Below, in pieces: positions 10,375 through 19,634 of a DNA stretch of 64,000 bases. How positions within the stretch are numbered: position 1 is the stretch's first letter; each line of letters opens with the position of its first letter. Location: contig CAVWRO010000006.1 of NCBI GenBank assembly GCA_963757385.1, positions 498,173-562,172 of the forward strand, in the 5' to 3' direction. The position numbers were made by a program, and so were the translations under genes. Below the pieces are notes generated by a model. The model searched no databases, was not told the DNA's origin, and saw only the letters and a program-made list of their open reading frames with translations. The DNA is from an uncultured Acidobacteriaceae bacterium. Lineage in GTDB: Bacteria; Acidobacteriota; Terriglobia; Terriglobales; Acidobacteriaceae.

Positions 10375-10464
10375 TTGGAATGCGGGGCGACTTCGCTCAG
10401 GGCAGGCTCTGTCCGCCGCTCTTGACCTCGCTTCTCACTCCCTACCCGATCCCACATTACACAA

Positions 10465-10815
10465 TCAATAATGCGGACGCCGGGTCTCCCGCAGGATCAT
10501 CGCGTAGTGTTTCCCTCCGAAGCTGAATCCTTCTTCGATCCGTCCAGTAACCGCCAGTTTTGCGTCGCGTCCGGGCAGGCCAAAGTTTTCGCTGAATACC
10601 CAGATGCGGCCAGTACCGTCGTCCAATTGGAATACTCCGGTCCCCATTGCGCCGATTGACGTCACCACGTGCCCGGCGATACTCATTTCCCTGCCCGCAA
10701 ACCGCCCCGGGGCTTGATCAATCCTGGCAATGCTCTCGCGCGAAGGACATCCCGCCATTAAAACAACCGCCATCAGAAGCAGACTTACCGCCAGAACGCG
10801 GATTTGAATTTGCAC
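10465..10815 (-). CDS. Small lipoprotein, possibly OB-fold.
   Basis: Signal peptide with lipobox LMAGC. The mature part is beta-rich (GHVVTSIGAMGTGVFQLDDGTGRIWVF). Confidence 0.6.
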   Translation of the reverse strand: MQIQIRVLAVSLLLMAVVLMAGCPSRESIARIDQAPGRFAGREMSIAGHVVTSIGAMGTGVFQLDDGTGRIWVFSENFGLPGRDAKLAVTGRIEEGFSFGGKHYAMILRETRRPHY

Positions 10816-11083
10816 ACTGGTTCTCCTCGATCAGGATTGACGTCCAGAGATTGACGATACGGATAGACGCAAAGTATTACCAACACGAAGAGGCTCGGAA
10901 AGTTGCATACTACTCACTGTGCAGGTCACCATCATTATCTCTTGAAGTTCACATTCAGGTAACTGACCGTATCCCCTTGACACTTCATACCTGCCAACAT
11001 TCCGCGTTCGGTGTCTAATCTTCTGGGAAGCGCAAGTCTGGCGATCGCTTGCGTTCAATATATGTCTGCGATCAGGAGGTTCT

Positions 11084-13204
11084 ATGCGCGTGTGGCTTCG
11101 TCTTTTTGTGTGCTTATTTCTAGCTCAGGTTGTACTCGCGCAATCGGGTACCCCAGCGGCTTCGGTTCGTCTTCCGGTGAAGCGGGTGATCCTTTACAAA
11201 AATGGCGTGGGATACTTCGAACACTCCGGCGAGGTAAGCGGCAACGAAGACGTCAACATTGACTTCACGACGGCTCAGCTCAATGACGTGCTTAAGTCTC
11301 TCACCGCGCTGGACCTCGGCAAAGGACGAATCACCGGCATCGCCTACAACTCGATTGATCCGATCAACAAGAGGCTGGGAGCGCTGCGGTTGCCGCTCGG
11401 AGAAGACACGACAACGGCCCAATTCCTCGATGCGATACGGGGCGCTCGAATCGAAGTGCACAGCGGCAGTGAGAGCGCCTCAGGCCGGCTACTGAGTGTG
11501 GAGCAAAGAGAATTGGCCGGCAAAGATGATCAGAAAATCACCGTGACTCAGATTTCCTTGGTGAGTGATAGCGGCGAGGTGCGCCAGTTTGATCTCACTC
11601 CGGCGACCAGCATTCGCATAGCAGAAAAAGATTTGAACGACGAGGTGGGACGCTATATGCATCTGGTCGCGTCCACGCGAGATCAGGATGTTCGCCGCCT
11701 CACCATTTCAACCGCTGGCGCCGGAGAACGCGAACTGCTGGTGAGTTATATCAGCGAGGTCCCTATATGGAAGTGCACCTACCGGATCGTGGTTCCTAAA
11801 GATGGAAAGCCGCTGCTGCAAGGATGGGCAATCGTTGACAACACGGTCGGCGAAGATTGGGACAACGTTGAGTTGTCGCTGATCGCAGGGGCTCCTCAGT
11901 CTTTTATACAGAACTTGTCGCAGCCTTATTACGCACGGCGTCCCGAAGTCCCCATGCCGGAGAATGCGATGATCACCCCGCAGACGGAAGAGGCGACGCT
12001 GGAAGGGAGGGCGGCCCTCCAAGCACCTCCTCCCCCTGTGTTCCAGGAAAATGGGCCTCCTGCCCCTGGCGCTCCTCCAATGAACGCGACGGGCGGAATG
12101 ATTGGCGGAGTGCTTTCCGCAACGATGAGTGCGCCGGTTCCCGGCGGGGCCTTTAAGCTGAAACAGGGAATAACTCAGCAGCAGAGATTTGATTTGATGG
12201 CTCAGGCCAACGCCAACACCGCCGAAACCCGCGACCTTGGGGATCTTTTTGAATATCAACTCAAAGATCACGTGACCATTCATAAGAATCAATCGGCGCT
12301 TGTGCCGATCCTTCAGGCGCGTGTTGAGGCAGAAAAAGTGTCGGTGTGGAATCCCAATGAAGGTCATGCTCTTCGCGCTCTGTGGCTGAACAATACCAGC
12401 GGCCTGACGCTCGATGGCGGGAGCTTCAACGTGCTCGACGACGATGCCTTCGCCGGTGAAGGCATCATGGATCCGGTCAAGCCGGACGAAAAGAGATTGC
12501 TCTCTTACGCCGCCGACCTTGGCCTCGTGGTGGACACGAAACAACAGGAACAGAGGCAGAGAGTCACGAAAGTGGTCATCGCTCGCGGTGTTATGACCTA
12601 CATCAGTGAACAGCAGCAAGAAATGGCATACACCATCCGAAACCGGGATACCTCGTCGCGGACGGTCGTGATTGAGCATCCTATTCAAAGCGGGTGGAAG
12701 CTGGACGAAGACATGCACCCGGATGAGAGCACTACTTCCTATCATCGCTTTCGCATGAGCATTGATCCGAAAAAGACTGAAACGCTCGTGGTGAAGGAGC
12801 ACCGCCCGATATCGAGCCGCTACGAGCTGACAAATCTTAATGACGACCAGATTGGATTCTTCCTCGAGCAGAAAATGATCAACCCCGAGGTAGAGAAGGC
12901 TCTGCGGCAGATCATTCGCCAAAAGAACGATGTCGCTGCACTACAAGCCGAAATTGATTCAAGGCAGGCGCAGATCACGAGTATTTCCCAAGATCAGCAG
13001 CGCGTGCGCGAAAATATGAAAGCGCTAAGGGGGAGCGCCGAAGAAAAGACATTAGTAGAACGCTACGCCCGCCAGCTGAATCAGCAGGAAGATCAAATGG
13101 AATCACTGCACAAACAGATTGCCGATTTGCAGCAGAAGCGTGACAACGCGCAGAAAATTCTAAACAATTCAGTACAACAATTGTCATTAGAAGCAAAAAT
13201 ATAA
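11084..13204 (+). CDS. Large secreted DUF4139/DUF4140-like protein (MuiA-type family) with a C-terminal coiled coil.
   Basis: Signal peptide, then VKRVILYKNGVGYFEHSGEV...VNIDFTTAQLNDVLKSL, which is typical of the DUF4140 N-terminal domain. The last ~100 aa are heptad-rich (ALQAEIDSRQAQITSISQDQQRVRENMKAL...). Confidence 0.65.
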   Translation: MRVWLRLFVCLFLAQVVLAQSGTPAASVRLPVKRVILYKNGVGYFEHSGEVSGNEDVNIDFTTAQLNDVLKSLTALDLGKGRITGIAYNSIDPINKRLGALRLPLGEDTTTAQFLDAIRGARIEVHSGSESASGRLLSVEQRELAGKDDQKITVTQISLVSDSGEVRQFDLTPATSIRIAEKDLNDEVGRYMHLVASTRDQDVRRLTISTAGAGERELLVSYISEVPIWKCTYRIVVPKDGKPLLQGWAIVDNTVGEDWDNVELSLIAGAPQSFIQNLSQPYYARRPEVPMPENAMITPQTEEATLEGRAALQAPPPPVFQENGPPAPGAPPMNATGGMIGGVLSATMSAPVPGGAFKLKQGITQQQRFDLMAQANANTAETRDLGDLFEYQLKDHVTIHKNQSALVPILQARVEAEKVSVWNPNEGHALRALWLNNTSGLTLDGGSFNVLDDDAFAGEGIMDPVKPDEKRLLSYAADLGLVVDTKQQEQRQRVTKVVIARGVMTYISEQQQEMAYTIRNRDTSSRTVVIEHPIQSGWKLDEDMHPDESTTSYHRFRMSIDPKKTETLVVKEHRPISSRYELTNLNDDQIGFFLEQKMINPEVEKALRQIIRQKNDVAALQAEIDSRQAQITSISQDQQRVRENMKALRGSAEEKTLVERYARQLNQQEDQMESLHKQIADLQQKRDNAQKILNNSVQQLSLEAKI

Positions 13205-13268
13205 ACGGGGAGGCGACGATATAAACGGGCGGTCGGAGGCTCGCATTAGAATATTGTGGCGATAGTTT

Positions 13269-14144
13269 ATGAAGCGCGGAACAAACTTATTTATGTTGGC
13301 CATGATACTTCTGGTGGCCCTTCCAGGCTGGGCTGTTGGGAAACACGCCATCTCGGGTCTGGTGCTGGAGGTGGATCCTTCGCGTCATTCCATGACCGTG
13401 TCATGCCAGAAGGTTCCTGGCTACATGGACGCGATGGCGATGCCATTCGACGTTCGTGACGCCAAGTTATTAGAAGGAGTAAAGCCGGGTGCAACCATTG
13501 ATTTCACTCTTGTAGAGGATGGAAATTCATCCTACGCGGAGAACATCCGGGTGCGACGGTATCAGAACTTGGAACTGGAGCCGCTGGAAGCGCGTCGCCT
13601 CGCGATTCTGAGCAATCTCGCGAATCCCTCTGCAACAAAGGCGCTGAGCGTGCAACAATCAGTTCCGGACTTCACGCTTACCGACCAGAACCGTAAGGCG
13701 ATTAGCTTTTCGCAACTCAAAGGGCAGGTGGTGGCTCTGAGTTTCGCCTATGTGCGCTGCCCGAATCCCGCATATTGCTTCCGGCTTACCAGCAATCTCG
13801 GCGAACTCAAAAAACGCTTTTCCGGACGCATGGGCCGTGATCTGGTTTTGCTCACGATTATTATTGATCCGGAACACGACCAGCACGATGCCATTGCGAA
13901 TTATGCGAAGATCTGGAACGCCGACCCGCAGACCTGGCATTTTGTGACCGGACCTTTACCGGAAGTACAAAGGGTATCCCGCATGTTCGGAATGGAGTTC
14001 TGGAATGATGACGCCCTGCTCGTGCATTCATTTCACACTGCAATCATTGATCGCCAGGGAAAGCTTTTTGCCAACCTCGAAGGAAACCAGTTTACGTCGC
14101 GGCAACTAGGCGATTTGGTGCAGACAGTGTTGGACCGGCCATAA
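13269..14144 (+). CDS. SCO1/SenC-family thioredoxin-like copper chaperone with an N-terminal CusF-like domain.
   Basis: The N-terminal LVLEVDPSRHSMTVSCQKVPGYMDAMAMPFDV resembles a CusF/copper-binding beta-barrel with a Met motif. The thioredoxin fold carries VRCPNPAYCF in place of the canonical CxxxC. Confidence 0.8.
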   Translation: MKRGTNLFMLAMILLVALPGWAVGKHAISGLVLEVDPSRHSMTVSCQKVPGYMDAMAMPFDVRDAKLLEGVKPGATIDFTLVEDGNSSYAENIRVRRYQNLELEPLEARRLAILSNLANPSATKALSVQQSVPDFTLTDQNRKAISFSQLKGQVVALSFAYVRCPNPAYCFRLTSNLGELKKRFSGRMGRDLVLLTIIIDPEHDQHDAIANYAKIWNADPQTWHFVTGPLPEVQRVSRMFGMEFWNDDALLVHSFHTAIIDRQGKLFANLEGNQFTSRQLGDLVQTVLDRP

Positions 14145-14230
14145 AGCCAGTCGCGACGACAAGACTACGTTTCTCAGGGAAAGTTTAACGATGCGCTTAT
14201 TGATCGAAGTGTACGCGTAGTGAGTCTTGT

Positions 14231-15079
14231 ATGAAATACACTTTGCCGTTCCTCCTGATGTGCGTGGTTTGCGGCGTACTTCTCTTCGGACAAGATAGCC
14301 CGCCATCAAGCAGCCGCGCGGAGTCCTCGGCCGAGACCGCGAATGGTCAGGATGCCAATAAGCCGAAACCGGGAATTACACCCCACCCCCTCGAGGTTCT
14401 CAGCGACACAGGAGGTATCAACTTACATTCGTACTTCAGCCAGATGGCGCAACTAATAAAAGCGGCTTGGTATTTGAACGTTCCCGACATCGCTCGCGCA
14501 CCAGTGAGGAAAAGGGGAAAGGTCGCCGTAGGATTCCGGGTCATGAAAGACGGTAAGATTGAAGATGTGCACTATGTTGAAAGTTCCGGCGACACCTCGC
14601 TAGATCAAGCGGCTTATAACAGTATTACGATCTTAAGCGGAGTCTTACCGCTTCCGAAAGAATTTGCATGTCAATACATCGTTCTTCGGTTTCACTTCCT
14701 CTACAACCCCGACAAAGCCAGCCTTATCGCTCATCCGCCTCAAGAAAATGCGTTACTGCCGTGTGTTACGACTAAGATTCACATGGTCGGGCAGATCGGA
14801 ATAGAAATATCTCCCACTTCAGTCCAACTGGCGACGAACGCGAAGCAACAATTTTCAGCCACTGTGACGGTGGATGCGTCGTCTGCGGTAAGTTGGATCG
14901 TAGCCGGTCCAGGCTGCTCGGCTTCCACATGTGGCACCATCTCAGCGGAAGGGCTTTACTTTGCCCCCGCGAGGATTCCGGATTCCGCCACAATCATGGT
15001 GACAGCGACCATAGCCGACAAGCCCAGCGAAACTGCCTCCGCCAGTGTAAAGATAACTCCTGAGAGCCCTTCGCGTTAG
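14231..15079 (+). CDS. Secreted protein with a TonB C-terminal-like domain followed by an Ig-like (Big_2-type) domain.
   Basis: KRGKVAVGFRVMKDGKIEDVHYVESSGDTSLDQAAYNSI matches the TonB_C pattern. The C terminus IEISPTSVQLATNAKQQFSATV...VSWIV...GTISAEGLYFA is Big_2-like. Confidence 0.65.
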   Translation: MKYTLPFLLMCVVCGVLLFGQDSPPSSSRAESSAETANGQDANKPKPGITPHPLEVLSDTGGINLHSYFSQMAQLIKAAWYLNVPDIARAPVRKRGKVAVGFRVMKDGKIEDVHYVESSGDTSLDQAAYNSITILSGVLPLPKEFACQYIVLRFHFLYNPDKASLIAHPPQENALLPCVTTKIHMVGQIGIEISPTSVQLATNAKQQFSATVTVDASSAVSWIVAGPGCSASTCGTISAEGLYFAPARIPDSATIMVTATIADKPSETASASVKITPESPSR

Positions 15080-15104
15080 CTGAGGAGGGCGACGTCTAAA
15101 ATCC

Positions 15105-16169
15105 CTAAGCCACGCGCTGCTGTTTTTTGAGCATGGCGAAGAATTCCATCACGATTTCCTCGTCCCACAAGCCGGTGCGGGCTTCGATGCGCATGGTTTC
15201 GGCGGCTTGCTCATGGGTCCGGGCCGGCTTGTATGGGCGCGCGGTGCGCAGGGCGTCATACACATCCACTACTTGCAGGACTCGCGGAAGCAGCGGGATT
15301 TCTCCCTTTCGAAGACCATCCGGATAACCGCTTCCGTCGGAGTGCTCGTGATGGTTACGGATAATGGGAAGCACAAGCCGCAAAGACTTCAGAGGCCGGC
15401 AAATTCTTTCCCCAGTTAACGGGTGCTGCTTCATGATCTCCCATTCTTGAGAAGTGAGATCGGATCCCTTTTTCAGAATTTCATCTGGAACGGCAATCTT
15501 TCCCAGATCGTGCAGGTATCCGCCCCTGCGTAGAGCCACAATTGAATCTTGATCGAGCCCCAGATGTCTTCCTAAGTGGGCCGCGTTCTGCGCCAAGCGC
15601 TCACAATGGCCGTCGGTGTAAGTGTCGCGGCTTTCTACGCTCAGGGCCAGCGAGCAAATGACAGACTCGGCAGTCTCCAATTCGTCGGTGAATTCCTTCA
15701 GCTTGAGAAGCGACTTAACCCGGGCAAAAAGTTCTTCGGAATAAACCGGCTTACTTATAAGGTCGTCGGCACCCGCTTCGATCGCTCGCAGCTTATCGTC
15801 ACGATCACCGAGCCCTGTCATCAGCACGAACGGGATCAATCGCGTGGATGGATCTTCTTTCAGTTGCCGGCAAAATTCGTATCCGGACATGCCCGGCATA
15901 ATCACATCCGAAAGAATCAGATCAGGAAGGCACTGTCTGATTTGCTTCAAGGCACTGGCCGCATCGGCGGCGGTGTTTACGTTGTATCCTGCACCAGAGA
16001 GAAGATGAACCATTACCGCCGTAAGTTCGGGATTATCGTCAACCACCAACACCTGAGCCAGGCGACGGTGTGGAATTAATTTACCCATACCATCGTAAGA
16101 CTGGGCGTCGCTTGAAAACGTTGTCCGATGTCTCTTTTGCAGAACTCTCTTTTGCGGAATCATGACCAA
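15105..16169 (-). CDS. Response regulator with an HD-GYP phosphodiesterase output domain (RpfG-like).
   Basis: Receiver VLVVDDNPE...DLILSDVIMPGMSGYEF. HD-GYP motifs HDLGKIAVP and HHEHSDGSGYPDGL. Confidence 0.9.
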   Translation of the reverse strand: MVMIPQKRVLQKRHRTTFSSDAQSYDGMGKLIPHRRLAQVLVVDDNPELTAVMVHLLSGAGYNVNTAADAASALKQIRQCLPDLILSDVIMPGMSGYEFCRQLKEDPSTRLIPFVLMTGLGDRDDKLRAIEAGADDLISKPVYSEELFARVKSLLKLKEFTDELETAESVICSLALSVESRDTYTDGHCERLAQNAAHLGRHLGLDQDSIVALRRGGYLHDLGKIAVPDEILKKGSDLTSQEWEIMKQHPLTGERICRPLKSLRLVLPIIRNHHEHSDGSGYPDGLRKGEIPLLPRVLQVVDVYDALRTARPYKPARTHEQAAETMRIEARTGLWDEEIVMEFFAMLKKQQRVA

Positions 16170-16293
16170 TTCAGGAACTACTATTGTAAAAGATAATGCG
16201 CGTTGGAATGCGGGAACACAATTCCCAAGTAGGTACGCGAAGTCAAAATTGTGTCATCTGCCCTTGTTTCTTCTCCGAAACTGCGTCTAGCTT

Positions 16294-16995
16294 TTGGTTA
16301 TGCGGAATTTCTCAAAAGCACTTTCTCTACTACTGCTGGCTGGTTTTTCGTTCGGCGCCAGTAAACCTCATGTCATCGGCTTTGGTAAGACGATCTCGGC
16401 CAAATGGCGCGTGGGAGCCGATGAAAGCCATTCCATAGAAATAAAGGTTAGGCCCCTTTATATAGATAGCCGGCTGAAAGAGTTTACGCTGGGGCCGCCG
16501 CATGACGTGACTGACCATCTTTTCGTGGTGCAGCGGGCCTTTCGCTTGAATGATGCGTTGCCCGACGATCGAAATGCCGCGCTGAAATGGCAGTGGCATC
16601 GCGGGGGTTGGCTGCTGGTGGATCGGGTTTCCGGTCACGTTTCGCAACTTGCCCTGCCCGAGTTTGATACTTACTATTCGGCATCGAGTTGGTACCGGGA
16701 TTACGTGGCGTATTGCGGCGTATCGGATGACGGAGAAAAACTCTATGCGGTGGTAGCGCAGATTGGCCGACGAAAAGCTATTCTGAAAAAGTCTTTGGGA
16801 TCAACCGCGGCGACTGACGCAGGAAGTAACTCGCCAAAAAACGACTTGCCTGATTCGGAATGTCCCGCGCCCTCGTGGCAGCGTCAACCTGCGCGGGTTA
16901 CATTCGCGCCTAAAGGACAGGCGTTCACGTATTCAATCCGCGGGCATGACGTAGAAGTGGTGACGGTCAATGACAGTGAAGAGGGAACCGAGTAG
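16294..16995 (+). CDS. Hypothetical secreted protein.
   Basis: Signal peptide LSLLLLAGFSFGA. No recognisable motif. The 3' end overlaps the convergent rhomboid gene by 112 nt. Confidence 0.55.
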   Translation: MVMRNFSKALSLLLLAGFSFGASKPHVIGFGKTISAKWRVGADESHSIEIKVRPLYIDSRLKEFTLGPPHDVTDHLFVVQRAFRLNDALPDDRNAALKWQWHRGGWLLVDRVSGHVSQLALPEFDTYYSASSWYRDYVAYCGVSDDGEKLYAVVAQIGRRKAILKKSLGSTAATDAGSNSPKNDLPDSECPAPSWQRQPARVTFAPKGQAFTYSIRGHDVEVVTVNDSEEGTE

Positions 16996-17852
16996 CGGCT
17001 GGCTGACGGCAATGGAGGTGCGCCGCTGTTCGCATGTCTCAAAACATTGAAAAACATAAATAGGATTACTGCGGTTATTACAAAAACCCCCCAATTCCAG
17101 CGGCTGCGTACGTCCGGCGAATCGGTCAGATGCCTCGCCAGGACTGCCCCAAGGATGAGTCCCGTCAACAGTCCTCCAATGTGCGCGGAATTGTCTATGC
17201 CAGCCCCAACGGCCCCGAATAGCAGGTTATAACCTGCGAAAGCCACCAGGCTCCTCATAATGCCGCGCGTGGCTTGTTTAGGAATTGGAAGTTTTCCGAG
17301 ATACAGCGCCGTGATTAGCGCGCCTGCCAATCCAAAGATGGCTCCCGAAGCGCCAGCCCCATACACCATGGGATGCCACCACAGGCTTCCCAAACTCCCG
17401 GCGATACCGCACGCCGTATACGTCAGTACGTATGTCCAGCGATCGAAGATTCGTTCCGCGAGAACGCCAAGATTCCAAAGACACCACATATTCAGGGCGA
17501 TGTGAATAATTCCGATGTGGACATAGTTGGAGGTCAAAAGCCGCCACGGTTGGGGTCCGAGCGAGAGCGGTCCCCAATCCGCGCCCCATTTCAACAATTG
17601 CGTAGAGGTGGGACTCTCGATAGGCACTCCTGCAAGCAACATCATGACGAACACCGCTGTGTTGATTCCGACGAGTATCGTTGTTATGGGCGGATACCCG
17701 CGTGCAGCTGTGCGAGGCTGAGGAGTAGGCGTGGCCGTCGAGCCAGCAGTGGTCATATCAATGGCGTTGGAGCGGCAATCCTGGCAAACGTTGCCACGGC
17801 TGCCGAAAAGCGATGTTCGCAGTTCCCGCCCGCAAGTGATGCAATTTGCCAT
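16884..17852 (-). CDS. Rhomboid-family intramembrane serine protease with an N-terminal zinc ribbon.
   Basis: CITCGREL...CQDCRS zinc ribbon. Rhomboid motifs YVHIGIIHIALNM and GASGAIFGL (catalytic Ser), plus the later AHIGGLLTG (catalytic His). Confidence 0.88.
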   Translation of the reverse strand: MANCITCGRELRTSLFGSRGNVCQDCRSNAIDMTTAGSTATPTPQPRTAARGYPPITTILVGINTAVFVMMLLAGVPIESPTSTQLLKWGADWGPLSLGPQPWRLLTSNYVHIGIIHIALNMWCLWNLGVLAERIFDRWTYVLTYTACGIAGSLGSLWWHPMVYGAGASGAIFGLAGALITALYLGKLPIPKQATRGIMRSLVAFAGYNLLFGAVGAGIDNSAHIGGLLTGLILGAVLARHLTDSPDVRSRWNWGVFVITAVILFMFFNVLRHANSGAPPLPSASRYSVPSSLSLTVTTSTSCPRIEYVNACPLGANVTRAG

Positions 17853-17917
17853 CCTAGAAAGTCAGAGTGCCTAGCCTAACATCCCGCGCAGAGATTGGTT
17901 TGCGAATGCCGCGGAGA

Positions 17918-18094
17918 GTAGTGGCTCAATGTGAACAAATCTTTAAATGACGTCATCCTGAGGAACTTCAGTCCCAAAGGATCTCGCGTGCAGCGTGTTG
18001 GCCTTGCCTTTAGCGCCAATCCGCTCCACGCGAGATCCCTCGCAAGCTCGGGATGACGCCTAATTAAGACAGAAATTTCAAACTGAGGCACTAC
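17918..18094. repeat. MITE-like intergenic repeat, copy 2 (the best-preserved copy).
   Basis: The ends gtagtggctcaatgtgaa and ttcaaactgaggcactac are imperfect inverted repeats. The internal units gacgtcatcctgaggaacttcagtcccaaaggatctcgcgtg and cacgcgagatccctcgcaagctcgggatgacgcc are inverted relative to each other. Confidence 0.65.
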
Positions 18095-18138
18095 GCCGCG
18101 ACGACATAGAGCAGGCTCCACTCCCAGACTAGGCGGTG

Positions 18139-19095
18139 TCACTCTTCAACCATCTCCAGAGAAGACACCTTTTCGACTCTGACTCGCGATTTCACGTTGG
18201 CGCTGGTCACCAACACTACCGATGCGATCACAATGGCGCTCCCGGCAAGGATGTATCCATCAACTTTTTCGTGAAGCACCAGCCATCCCAGAAACACCGC
18301 CACAATTGGATTCACATAGGCATAGGTCGAAACCTTGGAAGTCGAGACATGGTTCAAAAGCCAGATGTAAGCCGTGTACCCAATCCACGATCCGCAGATA
18401 ACGAGATAGAGAACCGCGCTGGTTCCTCGGATAGTCCACACCACGCGCGAGGAATCGCGCAAAACAGCCGCGATCAGAAGACACACTACTCCAGCTGAGA
18501 TCATTTGCCAGGCAGTGGCAGAAAACTGGTCCACTTCAGCCGATTTCCATTTTCTCGCCAGCACCGAACCCAGGGCCCAGCTGAACGCTCCCCCGAGCAA
18601 GCTAAGGGCTGCCCATAGCTGCACACGTCCGAAAGAGCTGGTTGCGGTCAGGTCGGGCCACAACAATACGATCATTCCAACAATGCCTAAACCAAGGCCC
18701 GCTTTGCCGAGCAAGGGCACATGGTGATCGCCGAGCAGCAGCCTATCTAATAAGAGGAACCACAACGGAATAATCGCGACGATCAGCGCGGCAAGCCCCG
18801 ACCCGATATGAGTCTCCGCATAAGCGAGAGTCAGGTTGCCTCCCACGAGCAATAGCACTCCGACGACCGCCATGTGTGCCAGTTCTCCAGGTGAATACGC
18901 AATTTTGCGCCCTCGAATTCCACAGAATGCAAGCATGAAAACGCCTGCGATGAGAAACCGAATGCCACACATTAAGGCCGGAGGAATATGCTCCACAGCC
19001 ACGTCAATGCCGAGATAAGTTGATCCCCAAAAGAAGTAAACCAATGCGAAGGCGAAAATGACACTCCATCGGGATGTGGGGTTAGGCGGAGACAT
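18139..19095 (-). CDS. EamA/DMT-family transporter.
   Basis: 318 aa with ten predicted TM helices in two EamA-like halves. The N terminus FALVYFFWGSTYLGI is typical. Confidence 0.88.
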   Translation of the reverse strand: MSPPNPTSRWSVIFAFALVYFFWGSTYLGIDVAVEHIPPALMCGIRFLIAGVFMLAFCGIRGRKIAYSPGELAHMAVVGVLLLVGGNLTLAYAETHIGSGLAALIVAIIPLWFLLLDRLLLGDHHVPLLGKAGLGLGIVGMIVLLWPDLTATSSFGRVQLWAALSLLGGAFSWALGSVLARKWKSAEVDQFSATAWQMISAGVVCLLIAAVLRDSSRVVWTIRGTSAVLYLVICGSWIGYTAYIWLLNHVSTSKVSTYAYVNPIVAVFLGWLVLHEKVDGYILAGSAIVIASVVLVTSANVKSRVRVEKVSSLEMVEE

Positions 19096-19326
19096 GATAA
19101 GCGGGCTGACTGATAAGAGTGGGCAAGTGCTATCTACGATTCAGAGGAGTACAAGAAAGTTCAGGAAAGACTTCGCTCACGTCAACCGGAGGATGAAGGT
19201 TATCCGATGCGCCCCTCGGAAGCTGTGAAGTGTGAAGAAGACAGCCGACGGACAAACCGTCACTAAATTTCCAATGTTCCTGGATTTTGTATGAACTCCG
19301 CGATGTTCGGTCCAGTTAACGAGTGG

Positions 19327-19434
19327 GTGGTGGCTTAGTTTGATGACGCTGCGCGCGAGATCCCTCGCCCCGCTGGTGAAAACGCGGGACTTCGGGATGA
19401 CGTCATCCAAGAGAAATCCGAATTGAGCCACTAC
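19327..19434. repeat. MITE-like intergenic repeat, copy 3 (single hairpin unit with both terminal repeats).
   Basis: gtggtggcttagtttga ... gcgcgcgagatccctcgccccgctggtgaaaacgcgggacttcgggatgacgtc ... ccgaattgagccactac. Confidence 0.6.
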
Positions 19435-19450
19435 CAACGAGTGTGATCAA

Positions 19451-19479
19451 TTGACGCTATGGGATGCGGTTGTTATCAT
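19451..19479 (+). promoter_or_regulatory. Candidate sigma-70 promoter of the tRNA-fMet gene.
   Basis: TTGACG, 17 nt spacer, TATCAT. The -10 hexamer ends 5 nt before the mature tRNA 5' end. Confidence 0.5.
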
Positions 19480-19484
19480 GAATT

Positions 19485-19561
<77 letters not shown>

Positions 19562-19634
19562 ACGACATCATAGGGTTACAAGCAACGACACTTTCGGTAA
19601 AAAGGGCAAAAAGGGGCGCTTCCGCGTCCCTGTT

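Noticed and set aside
10381-10464. A possible additional repeat unit (ggcgacttcgctcagggcaggctctg) after the hypothetical gene at 10069..10374.
   Set aside because: It shares only the short cttcgctc word with the repeat family, and the terminal repeats and GGGATGAC word are absent.
11708-12922. A 404 aa ORF antisense to the DUF4139-like gene.
   Set aside because: It has no RBS, its composition is Arg/His/Leu-rich, and it lies entirely within a better-supported sense gene.
13199-13229. The direct repeat atataaacggg, twice, 20 nt apart, across the stop of the DUF4139-like gene.
   Set aside because: An 11 nt duplicate seen once is most simply a small slippage duplication, with nothing to suggest function.
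17876-18142. An 88 aa ORF spanning the intergenic region between the rhomboid and EamA genes.
   Set aside because: It is a read-through of MITE-like repeat copy 2. The same peptide words would arise wherever the repeat occurs, so it is not a gene.
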